From: Bacteroidia bacterium
GTDB lineage: Bacteria; Bacteroidota; Bacteroidia; B-17B0; Aurantibacillaceae
Direction of reading: 5' to 3'
Assembly: GCA_016788025.1 (NCBI GenBank)
Contig: JAEUTM010000550.1
Location: forward strand, 1 to 38,612
Length of the DNA: 38,612 nt
Below the pieces are notes generated by a model, which ran no database searches, had not been told where the DNA came from, and was given only the letters and a program-made list of their open reading frames with translations. Numbering within the stretch: the stretch's first letter is position 1; every line of letters starts with the position of its first letter. Positions 1 to 8,779 of this stretch are shown here, piece by piece. The translations under genes and the position numbers were made by a program.

Positions 1-119
1 CTTACGGAGGGATGATCTTTTGGATCTTCATCGATCTTATTTTTATTGTCATGTATGCACTTAACCTAAAGCACATGAATAAAAGAAACAATAATACTTT
101 TGTTCAATCAGGTAGTTAA
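1..119 (+). CDS. 3' end of a hypothetical membrane protein (partial, runs off the window start)
   Basis: Open frame from position 3, YGGMIFWIFIDLIFIVMYALNLKHMNKRNNNTFVQSGS*, stop TAA at 117-119, 4 nt before the next ATG. Contains a hydrophobic helix. Not in the ORF track. Confidence 0.6.
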   Translation, partial: YGGMIFWIFIDLIFIVMYALNLKHMNKRNNNTFVQSGS

Positions 120-123
120 AAGC

Positions 124-1767
124 ATGAAGGAATCCAAGTACCCCAAAGGTTTATTTTTTCTGGTGTTTACCGAATTCTGGGAGCGTTTCGGGTATTACCT
201 GATGATTGGAATTTTTTTCCTCTACATGACAACCGATGCGAAAGACGGTGGCATGGGTTGGGAACGCTCTACCTCTTCCGATATCTATGGAACGTTTATC
301 GCACTTGCTTATCTAACACCTTTTATGGGTGGACTTCTGGCTGATCTTAAACTTGGCTATAGATTTTCAATAACGCTTGGCGGCACGTTAATGGGTATAG
401 GTTATTGCCTTTTGGCCGTGAACGAAAAATGGGCTTTCTTTACTTCTCTTGCAGTAATGGTGGTTGGTAACGGATTTTTTAAACCAAACATTGCTACGCT
501 TCTCGGAAACCTTTACAACGATCCAAGATACCGCCATAACAAAGATACCGGCTACAATATTTTTTACATGGGTATTAATGTTGGGGCTTTTGTATGCAAT
601 TTTATTGCAGCGATCATGCGAAATAAAATTGGTTGGCACGGCGCTTTCCTGGCTGCAGGTATTGGTATGTTTTTAGGTGTAATAACATTCTGGATTGGGA
701 TTAAGAATTATAAACACGTTGATGTAAGAAAGGAACCAAGTCCTGGCGACAAACCACTGCTTATGCAGTTCGTAACCATTTTGCTGGTTGGTTTAGCATT
801 TGCAATTACAGGCTGGCTGATACCTGATAATATTTTTGGAAGTGACAGCACGGATGCATTTTTTCTGTTCTGTTTGCCGGTAGCTTATTTCTATGCGTCT
901 ATTTATAAAAAAGCAAGCGCCGAAGAGAAGAAACCTCTTGGTACCATGTTCACTATTTTCATCATTGTCATTTTGTTCTGGGCTATTTTTAAACAGAATG
1001 GAACAGCCTTGACTACCTACGCTGAATCTTATACTAACAGGGATATTCCTGAGTCCATAGTGCCGGCTGCGCACTCCCTTGGATTTTCCGAAACACTCGT
1101 TGCTGAAAATAAAGAAGTCAATCAACTTGATGAGCAGTTCAGGAAAATAAAGAACGATACGGGTGGCCTTGTAAAATGCATGGACTACCCTGCCTATTTC
1201 AAAAATCTTGATTCGGAGAAAATGCCGGAACCTGGTGGTACGATACATTTGGTGAATACTGAAATATTTCAGTCTATAAATCCTTTTTTTGTTGTAACAC
1301 TCACACCGCTCATTATCGCTTTTTTTGGATTTATGAGATCCCGTGGCAAAGAGCCAACAACGGCAACAAAGATCGCTTACGGACTTTTAATTAGCGCCTT
1401 GTCAACACTCATAATGGTGTTTGCTGTTTACCATACCAATAATGGCATGTCGAAAGCCAGTGCCTGGTGGCTCATAGGAAGTTATGGAGTTATTACTGTA
1501 GGGGAGCTCCTGCTTAGTCCAATGGGTTTGTCCATGGTGTCTAAACTTGCTCCTTTGCGTTTAACAGCACTAATGATGGGGGGCTGGCAGCTTGCAACCT
1601 CTATTGGTAATAAGCTTAGCGGGGTCCTCGCAAAAAACTGGGACAAGTTTGATAACAAAGCGAATTATTTCTGGCTTAATTTTGTATTGTTGATGTTTGC
1701 CTTTTTGATCATGCTTCTGCTGCTTAAAAAACTCAATCGTGTGTTTAAAGAGGGTTACAGTCATTAG
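124..1767 (+). CDS. Proton-dependent oligopeptide transporter (POT/PTR2 family MFS)
   Basis: ExxERFxYY motif (EFWERFGYY), GNGFFKPN, FYMGINVGA, QSINPFF and ELLLSPMGLS. ATG at 124 is preferred over TTG at 100, which overlaps the upstream CDS. Confidence 0.93.
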   Translation: MKESKYPKGLFFLVFTEFWERFGYYLMIGIFFLYMTTDAKDGGMGWERSTSSDIYGTFIALAYLTPFMGGLLADLKLGYRFSITLGGTLMGIGYCLLAVNEKWAFFTSLAVMVVGNGFFKPNIATLLGNLYNDPRYRHNKDTGYNIFYMGINVGAFVCNFIAAIMRNKIGWHGAFLAAGIGMFLGVITFWIGIKNYKHVDVRKEPSPGDKPLLMQFVTILLVGLAFAITGWLIPDNIFGSDSTDAFFLFCLPVAYFYASIYKKASAEEKKPLGTMFTIFIIVILFWAIFKQNGTALTTYAESYTNRDIPESIVPAAHSLGFSETLVAENKEVNQLDEQFRKIKNDTGGLVKCMDYPAYFKNLDSEKMPEPGGTIHLVNTEIFQSINPFFVVTLTPLIIAFFGFMRSRGKEPTTATKIAYGLLISALSTLIMVFAVYHTNNGMSKASAWWLIGSYGVITVGELLLSPMGLSMVSKLAPLRLTALMMGGWQLATSIGNKLSGVLAKNWDKFDNKANYFWLNFVLLMFAFLIMLLLLKKLNRVFKEGYSH

Positions 1768-1782
1768 TGTGATTTACGCTTC

Positions 1783-3423
1783 ATGAACCCAAATTACATA
1801 GCCCGTACTTTTTTAAATTTTTTTCTTTTATCGCTCACAAACGTTACTTTGTTTGCGCAACCGCAATGGCTCCGGAGTTTCGGAGGATCCGACGCTGAAG
1901 CTGCGGCAAGTATTGCCAGCGATGGAGTAGGTGGTGTATATACCATTGGAACCTTTTCTGGAAATACGGTTTTTGGCTCTTATAATATGTCATCTAATGG
2001 CAAGGGTGATGTTTACATTGTAAAATCAAACGCAGCGAATGGAAATATTTTATGGATTCGCCAGATAGGATCAGCAGGTGAAGACAACGGTTACGGCATC
2101 GTTTGCGATAAATCCGGAAATATCTATTGTACCGGGCGTTTCAGTGGCAACGTTTCGTTTGGTAGCCACGTCCTTACATCTTCAGGGAGCTTCGATGCGT
2201 TTGTCGCCAGGCTTAATCCATCAAATGGACTCGTGACCTGGGCTGTAAATTCCGGAGGAATAGGTTCTGACGCTGGGCTTGCCATCACAGCGGATACTCT
2301 TGGTAACATATTTACCTGCGGTTATTTTCAGATAAAAGGAGTTTTCGGCTCAAACACTCTTACCGCGGTGGGACAAAACCTAAATGCCTATGTTGCGAAA
2401 ATAGATACATCTGGGGGCAATACTCTATGGGCAAACGGTTTTGGAAGTTTAGGTTACACTTATCCGCTTTCTATTTCCTGCGATGCTGCCGGAGATGTTT
2501 ATCTGACAGGCCAATTTGATGGTTCTATGCTGGTTGGTCCCGCAACACTTACCGCAGTTAAGTATAACGATATTTTTATAACCAAGCATAATGCTCTTTC
2601 CGGAACCGCAGTTTGGGCTACTTCTATGGGTGGTGATGGAGATGACATTGGAAATGCAGTTACGATAGGCAGTGACAAACAAGTGTACTTTGGAGGAAGA
2701 TTTGAACAAACATTGAGCTCGGCGCAATCAACACTTGTTTCTAAAGGAAATGCGGATGCAATTATAGGTAAGTTGGATGCGACCACAGGTACAATAAATT
2801 GGTTGAAACAATTCGGTGGAGATAGTTTCGAACAGGTAAACGGAATTGGACATGACGCGTCAGGAAATATTTACTTAACAGGACAATATAATGGTATTTG
2901 TGATTTCGATGTCAATCTGATGATGTCCAATGGAAATGCGGACGTGTTTTTGTGCAGGATGAATAGTTCCGGAAAAGTGACCTGGGATTATAGTATGGGT
3001 AGTCCGCTTGCAGATATCGGATCTGGAATAATATGCGATCAGAGCAATGCAATCTATTGCACCGGGAATTTCCAGAGTTCCATGAAGGCCGAAGCGCAGT
3101 CGGTTTCATCCTCTGGTAGCAGCGATATTTTTGTTATTAAAATTGACAGGCTTAGTGTTGGAGTTGACAACATTAGCATGGAACAAGAGCTGTTAAGTGT
3201 GTTTCCAAGCCCCGCACATGATATTCTTAGAATAACCGGCAAAAAAAATGCCAGGTTGAATTTCACAGTTCGTATTTCAGATATTAGCGGAAGAACCGTT
3301 CTGGAAACGGTCGAAACTGGTGCAGAAGCCGAAATTAATATCTCAGAATTACAGCCAGCAGTTTATATCCTCACCTATGTTTCAGAAGGATCGACACGAA
3401 CCACCAGGTTCATCAAACAATAA
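1783..3423 (+). CDS. T9SS type A cargo with SBBP-like beta-propeller repeats
   Basis: Signal peptide ending FAQ, about 7 repeats of D-x-G-x-x-I-x-x-D-x-x-GN-x-Y-x-TG-x-F, and a C-terminal sorting domain (VFPSPA...DISGR...YIL...RFIKQ). Confidence 0.85.
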   Translation: MNPNYIARTFLNFFLLSLTNVTLFAQPQWLRSFGGSDAEAAASIASDGVGGVYTIGTFSGNTVFGSYNMSSNGKGDVYIVKSNAANGNILWIRQIGSAGEDNGYGIVCDKSGNIYCTGRFSGNVSFGSHVLTSSGSFDAFVARLNPSNGLVTWAVNSGGIGSDAGLAITADTLGNIFTCGYFQIKGVFGSNTLTAVGQNLNAYVAKIDTSGGNTLWANGFGSLGYTYPLSISCDAAGDVYLTGQFDGSMLVGPATLTAVKYNDIFITKHNALSGTAVWATSMGGDGDDIGNAVTIGSDKQVYFGGRFEQTLSSAQSTLVSKGNADAIIGKLDATTGTINWLKQFGGDSFEQVNGIGHDASGNIYLTGQYNGICDFDVNLMMSNGNADVFLCRMNSSGKVTWDYSMGSPLADIGSGIICDQSNAIYCTGNFQSSMKAEAQSVSSSGSSDIFVIKIDRLSVGVDNISMEQELLSVFPSPAHDILRITGKKNARLNFTVRISDISGRTVLETVETGAEAEINISELQPAVYILTYVSEGSTRTTRFIKQ

Positions 3424-3520
3424 TTTCTCAGGAATTTAAAGCACGATCACAAAACGAAGTCAGTTTGATTGAAATTCTAAAAGAACTTAGTATAGAAAAC
3501 GAACGTTTTGTGATAGAAAA

Positions 3521-5452
3521 TCAGTCAGCCCATTCCCAGGCCGTACGATACATTCCGTGAATGTCGCAATATTCCAGGAACGATTTATAAAATGGATTTG
3601 CACCAATGGTTGCACTGTCACCGATAACTACCAGTTTTTTTCTCGCTCTGGTAATGGCTACATTCATACGACGGAGATCACCCAGAAAGCCTATTTCTTG
3701 TTTTTCATTACTTCTAACAAGCGAAATGTAGATCACATCTCTTTCTTCACCCTGGAAACCATCGATGGTTTTTATCTGCAGGGATAGAACTTTGCTTTTG
3801 TCCAGTTCATAAGCCTCCAGGTTTTCTCTGAGCCATTCCTGTTGCTCTTTATATGGAGAGATAATTCCAATGTCGATGGATTCAGTGTTTTCCGATTTCG
3901 TATAATCACTGAGTAATTGTTGAAGGTGTTTGAATAATATCATACCTTCTTTTGGATTAGAGTAACTCAGGGTTTCAGGATTTTGTTCTTCATCATAACT
4001 ACAGCCTGCCGTATCAATAAACTCAATGGTCTTACTCAGATAACTTTCCTCGTCGTTCACCAGTGTATGAGTTGCAACCGTTTCGTCGGCTATAAGTTCG
4101 TTGTTGTAAAAGTATGCATTGCTGAATCCCATAATTGCTGAATTCATGCGGTATTGCCGGTTTAGCAGAACGGTGGTTTTTGGGATTTCAATACAGCGAT
4201 CAAGCAAGGTTTTATCCAGTCCTCCTCTTTTAGCCTCCACACTCTTTACTACAGGAGGTAATTGAAAATGATCGCCTGAAAGAATCAGTCGTTTACATTT
4301 CAGCAATGGGATCCAAACCATTGGCTCCAAAGCCTGTGAGGCTTCGTCAAAAAACAAAGTATTGAATCGTTTGCGCTGAAGAGCCCTGTGTGTGCTCGTT
4401 ACAGGAGTACAACAAATTACTTTCGAATTTTTGAAAAGTTCGTCAACGAGATAGTCTTCCAGCAACCGGGCTTCTTTAATGCAGTTTCTGGCTTCGGCGT
4501 AAAAGGCAGCGCGCTGTTTTGCGTCTTCTCTGCCAAAGGTTCTTTTATATTTACCGGCCATACGGAAATATTCTTCCGCATTGCGCCTTAGACTTTTGAT
4601 ATCCTTGTAGTAAGGGGAGGACGCAATTTTCCCATCGATACTGCTGTTTTGGAGGTCCTCGGAAATTCTTGCGGGGTGCCCAAGTCTTAGCACATCAATG
4701 CCAAGTTCCGTAAGCTTTTCGGTTAGTAAATCAACGGCAGCATTGGTTGGAGCGCAAACCAACACTTGTCTTTCTTCTTCAAGAGTTAAACGAATCGCTT
4801 GAACTAAACTTGTGGTTTTGCCGGTGCCGGGTGGACCGTGTATCACCCCAATGTCATTTACACTCAGCACATGTCGTATGGCACGATTCTGTGATAAATT
4901 AAGCGACGGAATAATGAGATCTTCCTTTACTGTATCGAAAGTAATAGGAATCAATCCTTCAATCATATCTCGTAACTCGGCAACGCGATTATGTTTTGCA
5001 TTTATCACTTCGTCTAATGCTGATTGCATTTCGGTATAACTGTTGTCATCAAATAAGATGTTAAGCCCCAGCTTACCTTCATAGCACCAGTCTGGCAATT
5101 CATCACTGTGGACAATGAGTTTTAAGGTGTTTTTTGAGACAGATTTAATAGTACCGGTTATTTCAAGAACTTCGTCCTGTCGGTTACTAAAAAGACTCAC
5201 ATTTTTGCCGCTGCTAAATTGATGAGGTTTGTCGATATAAGCAGTGCGCTCCAGTTCAAGGTGCAAAAGTTCCCCCTGTCCAAGTTCTTCGTTGTTTATT
5301 TTTATAGGGTACCAGGTAACTCCGTTTTTTCTACGCTCGTCAAGATTTACACGAAGGAACATTTCGTTATATAAACGAAAATCTTCATCGCGTTCGATTT
5401 TTAAAAGTTGCTTTAAACGGGTAAGACGCTCAATGGCGGAAGATGTCGCCAT
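3521..5452 (-). CDS. Superfamily 1B (Upf1/IGHMBP2/DNA2-like) helicase
   Basis: Walker A GPPGTGKT, APTNAAVD, DEASQ, GDHFQLPP, QYRM, DGFQGEE and RMNVAITRAR. ATG at 5452 overlaps the upstream stop (TAATG). Confidence 0.92.
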   Translation of the reverse strand: MATSSAIERLTRLKQLLKIERDEDFRLYNEMFLRVNLDERRKNGVTWYPIKINNEELGQGELLHLELERTAYIDKPHQFSSGKNVSLFSNRQDEVLEITGTIKSVSKNTLKLIVHSDELPDWCYEGKLGLNILFDDNSYTEMQSALDEVINAKHNRVAELRDMIEGLIPITFDTVKEDLIIPSLNLSQNRAIRHVLSVNDIGVIHGPPGTGKTTSLVQAIRLTLEEERQVLVCAPTNAAVDLLTEKLTELGIDVLRLGHPARISEDLQNSSIDGKIASSPYYKDIKSLRRNAEEYFRMAGKYKRTFGREDAKQRAAFYAEARNCIKEARLLEDYLVDELFKNSKVICCTPVTSTHRALQRKRFNTLFFDEASQALEPMVWIPLLKCKRLILSGDHFQLPPVVKSVEAKRGGLDKTLLDRCIEIPKTTVLLNRQYRMNSAIMGFSNAYFYNNELIADETVATHTLVNDEESYLSKTIEFIDTAGCSYDEEQNPETLSYSNPKEGMILFKHLQQLLSDYTKSENTESIDIGIISPYKEQQEWLRENLEAYELDKSKVLSLQIKTIDGFQGEERDVIYISLVRSNEKQEIGFLGDLRRMNVAITRARKKLVVIGDSATIGANPFYKSFLEYCDIHGMYRTAWEWAD

Positions 5453-6348
5453 TATTTTAATTCTTTTAATTTGAGCTCTTGTCTCAACTGGCGACTGGTT
5501 TTTGTGCTGCCATCGTGGCTCCAACCCGGAGGACCAAATACATACATAAATTTTGCTTTGAGCGGCGCCTTTTTATGAAGTACATCATGAGAGATATTTT
5601 TCCATTCGTGAAACACCATGTGTATGGGATGATATGTTTCAATATTCTTGGTTAGTCCGTAAACAACTTCTTCTTCTTCCTTCGCAAAGGTCCCAAACAT
5701 TCGGTCCCAGATGATAAGCACCATGCCCATGTTTTTATCGAGGTACTTAATGTTACTTGCATGATGTACGCGATGATGGGAAGGCGTGGAAAGAAACCAC
5801 TCTAAAAAACCAAGTTTACCAACCGTTTTGGTATGAATAAGAATTCCATAAATCTGCGTTGCCGCATACATAAACATTACGTCAAGCGGGTCGAAGCCCA
5901 CCAAAGAAAGAGGAATAAAATAAATAAAACGATATAGAGGCTGGAAGACAGAAGAACGGAACCCAACAGTAAGATTAAATTCTTCCGAAGAATGATGAGT
6001 GACATGAACGGCCCAGAACAAACGACAGTAATGGTCTACCCGGTGAAGCCAATAGAACATAAAGTCCTGCGCAATCAACAAGGCACTCCAATAAAGAACC
6101 GGATGGACAGTTTTATCGATCGCGGTGAAACGAAACTGGTAAAAATACCACAGTACTGCCAGGCAGATTCCCCGAACCAGGATATCCAGGCTGAAATTAA
6201 GCGCACTTAAATAAACATTCGCAAGAATTCCTTTGGTGGAATAATATTTCTTTTCGTGCCAATAGCTATAAAAGATCTCAATTCCAATAACAATTGCATA
6301 GATAGGAATGGAGAGCTTAATGAGGAGTTCTTCCCGGAATTCGTTCAT
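5452..6348 (-). CDS. Sterol desaturase / fatty acid hydroxylase family membrane di-iron enzyme (alkylglycerol monooxygenase-like)
   Basis: His boxes HRVDH, HVTHH and HRVHH; WDRMFGTF; FGPPGW tail; several TM helices. Confidence 0.88.
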   Translation of the reverse strand: MNEFREELLIKLSIPIYAIVIGIEIFYSYWHEKKYYSTKGILANVYLSALNFSLDILVRGICLAVLWYFYQFRFTAIDKTVHPVLYWSALLIAQDFMFYWLHRVDHYCRLFWAVHVTHHSSEEFNLTVGFRSSVFQPLYRFIYFIPLSLVGFDPLDVMFMYAATQIYGILIHTKTVGKLGFLEWFLSTPSHHRVHHASNIKYLDKNMGMVLIIWDRMFGTFAKEEEEVVYGLTKNIETYHPIHMVFHEWKNISHDVLHKKAPLKAKFMYVFGPPGWSHDGSTKTSRQLRQELKLKELK

Positions 6349-6354
6349 GATCTG

Positions 6355-6362
6355 CAAAGATA
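6355..6362 (-). promoter_or_regulatory. Bacteroidota housekeeping sigma -7 element (TATCTTTG)
   Basis: Exact TAnnTTTG match on the - strand, 6 nt upstream of the desaturase ATG. Confidence 0.65.
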
Positions 6363-6398
6363 CGTATTGGAGATAATTTTTGAAATACCCACTTTTGG

Positions 6399-6475
6399 AA
6401 CGCAGATGACGCGGATTTCACAGATGGATATCGATTTAAAGTATCGGATCAGCGAAATCACTGAAATCTGCGTCA
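6399..6475. repeat. REP-like palindromic element built from 9-nt subunits
   Basis: Left arm AACGCAGAT-GACGCGGAT-TTCACAGAT and right arm ATCAGCGAA-ATCACTGAA-ATCTGCGTC. The 14-bp inverted repeat 6407-6420 / 6462-6475 has 1 mismatch. Confidence 0.6.
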
Positions 6476-6481
6476 AAAGAA

Positions 6482-7021
6482 TCACTGCTTCCAGCCCATT
6501 CTTTTAATCAGGTTTACAACATGGGCCAGGTGATGTTCACAATGCCAGGAATACGAAGCAGTCGCTTCTTTCAGGCTTAATTCTTTACCTTTTTCAGGAT
6601 GTATAAATCCACGGAGCCATTGTTCCTCGTTTAGTGACTTCAAAACAGTTGTCCAGCGGCTATGCACGCCTCTTAAAATAGAAATTGAGCTTTGAATTGG
6701 CATACTGCCATCTGCCAAGTTTGCCCAAAGATCCTGGAGATAGGGTTTAATCGTCGGCCGATCTTCTGTAAGTGCAGCTTTAACGCGAATAATAGCGTTC
6801 ATGTGGCTGTCAGCACAATGGTTTACCACCTGGATCACCGTCCAGCCACCAGGCCTGTATGGAGTGTTTAATTGCTCTGAATTTAATTTTTCAACGGTAG
6901 AAAATAGTTTCTCTGGAAACATTTCGAGGATAGTGATGTATCCATTCAGCTGATCTTTGGTGTAGGAGCCAGGGACCTTAAAACGACCAACCGGGTATTT
7001 CAACAGTTCCAGATCTTCCAT
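6482..7021 (-). CDS. YfiT/BstA-like DinB-superfamily thiol transferase (putative metal-dependent hydrolase)
   Basis: LKYPVG, YRPGGWTVIQVVNHCADSH, PTIKPY and WHCEHHLAH metal-binding His pattern. Confidence 0.88.
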   Translation of the reverse strand: MEDLELLKYPVGRFKVPGSYTKDQLNGYITILEMFPEKLFSTVEKLNSEQLNTPYRPGGWTVIQVVNHCADSHMNAIIRVKAALTEDRPTIKPYLQDLWANLADGSMPIQSSISILRGVHSRWTTVLKSLNEEQWLRGFIHPEKGKELSLKEATASYSWHCEHHLAHVVNLIKRMGWKQ

Positions 7022-7734
7022 TAGCCTAAAGGGGAAGCTGCACTTACAATTTTACCGTTTTCCATGGTAAAAAAATCCGTCATTATTTTACGCCTCATTT
7101 CAATGTAGTCCTGGTATTGTCTCGAATTGTCTTTCCGGCCGGTTATCACATCATCAAAATTCCCATTCAGACCCATTAACAGCTCACAGGCCTCCCTTAC
7201 GGCATACTGGGAGCCCGTTCCGGAGGTAAGGTAGTCAACCAGCTTGTGTTTTTTAAAATAATTAATAAGCAATGGATTTACCTTATGATTAACCATGATA
7301 CGAATACCACAGAGCTCGGCAATCGGAATATCAAGCACATCATCAAAAAAATAGGCAACTTCCTCCGGTTTTAGTTTTTCTTTTTCACACAGAGACTTTA
7401 AAGCTTCTAACTTATGAGGTACTTTAAAATAAGAATACCGAAATCCCTCGCGCTTACTGAAATAAAAAGCAGTTTCGTTTTTTTCGCCACTGATAATGGC
7501 ACTAAGAGGCATATTTCCATGTTTCAGGTAATGGGAAAAACGGAGGAGGTTAGCCCCCATACTGTCCACTTCGCTGAAACAACTGCCTCCTGAATTGGTT
7601 TTTTGCCCGTTATTAAACACTCCGTCCCAATCGAACACAAAGGCTTTAATGTTCTTTAAACGGTCCTGTATTTCTGCAGCGGGCGTTATAAAACGGCCTC
7701 CAATAACACCATATAAGTTCTCGAGTTCTGTCAT
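7021..7734 (-). CDS. KdsC-like HAD (C0 subfamily) sugar-acid phosphate phosphatase
   Basis: IKAFVFDWDGVF (motif I), IISG (motif II), K, YFFDDVLD (motif IV) and AVREACELL. Longer than E. coli KdsC. Confidence 0.8.
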   Translation of the reverse strand: MTELENLYGVIGGRFITPAAEIQDRLKNIKAFVFDWDGVFNNGQKTNSGGSCFSEVDSMGANLLRFSHYLKHGNMPLSAIISGEKNETAFYFSKREGFRYSYFKVPHKLEALKSLCEKEKLKPEEVAYFFDDVLDIPIAELCGIRIMVNHKVNPLLINYFKKHKLVDYLTSGTGSQYAVREACELLMGLNGNFDDVITGRKDNSRQYQDYIEMRRKIMTDFFTMENGKIVSAASPLG

Positions 7735-7763
7735 AAAAAAACCCTTCCGTTAGAGGAAGGGTT
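7735..7763 (-). terminator. Intrinsic terminator-like hairpin between the transaldolase-CBS gene and the KdsC-like gene
   Basis: - strand AACCCTTCC-TCTAAC-GGAAGGGTT followed by a T run that ends at the ATG at 7734. Confidence 0.6.
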
Positions 7764-7768
7764 GTGTT

Positions 7769-8779
7769 TTAGGATTTTAAATCTTGTATATCCAGCATAC
7801 CTACTGGTTTGCCGTTGTCTGTCACCACAATGGTGTCTACGTTGGTTTTTTTGAACAGAATGTTAGCTTCGTTTAGCAGCACATTTCCTTCAATAGTAAT
7901 TGGCTCGCGGTATTCAAGGGCACTTAATTTTTTAGTTAAGATATCGCGACCTTTTTCGCCTAGCAGTTTGCGAAGACCTCCATCTGTAAACACACCACGA
8001 ATGCTTCCGTCTTTTTTAACAACGGTGATAGCGCCGAAGTTAAATTCAGTCAATTTGATAATCGCATCTGTGATATTAGTATCTTCCGGAACAATCGGAT
8101 TTACACCGTTTATAGCTTCCTTCACTTTCACCATCATTAAACGGGTGTCCATAATAAACTGGTCAGTTCCAACAGTGGTGAAATTGTTCTCAGTAAGCTG
8201 TTTCATTATTTTAAGAGGAACCGTAATCGTGTGAACGCCAATATTGATGGCATTACGTACGTGTTCCACGGTTCTAACCGAAGAGAACATTATTTTAGTG
8301 TCATAACCGTAAAGATCAACTGCATCTACACACTGCTGAACCAAAGCCAGGGCATCATGTCCCTGGTCCTGTAAACGACCCACCAGCGGACAAACATAAG
8401 TCGCGCCAGCCTGCATGGCCATGTAAGCCTGCTGCAAGGTATAAACGAGATGTACATTTACGAGATATCCTTTGTCGCGCAGCATTTTGCAGGCACGAAC
8501 TCCTTCGAGGGATACAGGAATTTTAAAAACAGTCTTCTTAGGATCCAGTCCTAACGCAAGCTGCCTTTCGGCTTCTGCCAGAACTTCTTCCGCACTATTA
8601 CCCAAAGCTTCAATCTGAAGCACAGGTACAATCTTGCTTAACTTAACGATGGTACCATCAATATCCGTAATCCCTTCTTTCTGCATGAAAGTCGGGGTGG
8701 TGGTTAAACCGTTTAAAAAGCCAAGTTTAAAACCTTCTTCAATTTCCTTTAAGTTGGCTGAGTCTAAATATAATTCCAT
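7769..8779 (-). CDS. Transaldolase/fructose-6-phosphate aldolase family domain fused to a C-terminal CBS pair
   Basis: MELYLD, GLTTTP, Schiff-base KIP (K86), GR and SVR in about aa 1-215. CBS pair with GVFTDGGLR and PVGMLDIQDL in about aa 218-336. Confidence 0.85.
   Translation of the reverse strand: MELYLDSANLKEIEEGFKLGFLNGLTTTPTFMQKEGITDIDGTIVKLSKIVPVLQIEALGNSAEEVLAEAERQLALGLDPKKTVFKIPVSLEGVRACKMLRDKGYLVNVHLVYTLQQAYMAMQAGATYVCPLVGRLQDQGHDALALVQQCVDAVDLYGYDTKIMFSSVRTVEHVRNAINIGVHTITVPLKIMKQLTENNFTTVGTDQFIMDTRLMMVKVKEAINGVNPIVPEDTNITDAIIKLTEFNFGAITVVKKDGSIRGVFTDGGLRKLLGEKGRDILTKKLSALEYREPITIEGNVLLNEANILFKKTNVDTIVVTDNGKPVGMLDIQDLKS

Noticed and set aside
3521-5452. Helicase as part of an anti-phage defence system
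   Set aside because: No nuclease fusion or neighbouring defence or mobile genes. The context is housekeeping.
5453-5524. N-terminal extension of the helicase given in the ORF track
   Set aside because: Overlaps the desaturase 3' end. The ATG at 5452 in a TAATG junction is the more plausible start.
6256-6507. 83-aa + strand ORF containing TQMTRISQMD...ISEITEIC
   Set aside because: Translation of the palindromic repeat, antisense to two real genes.
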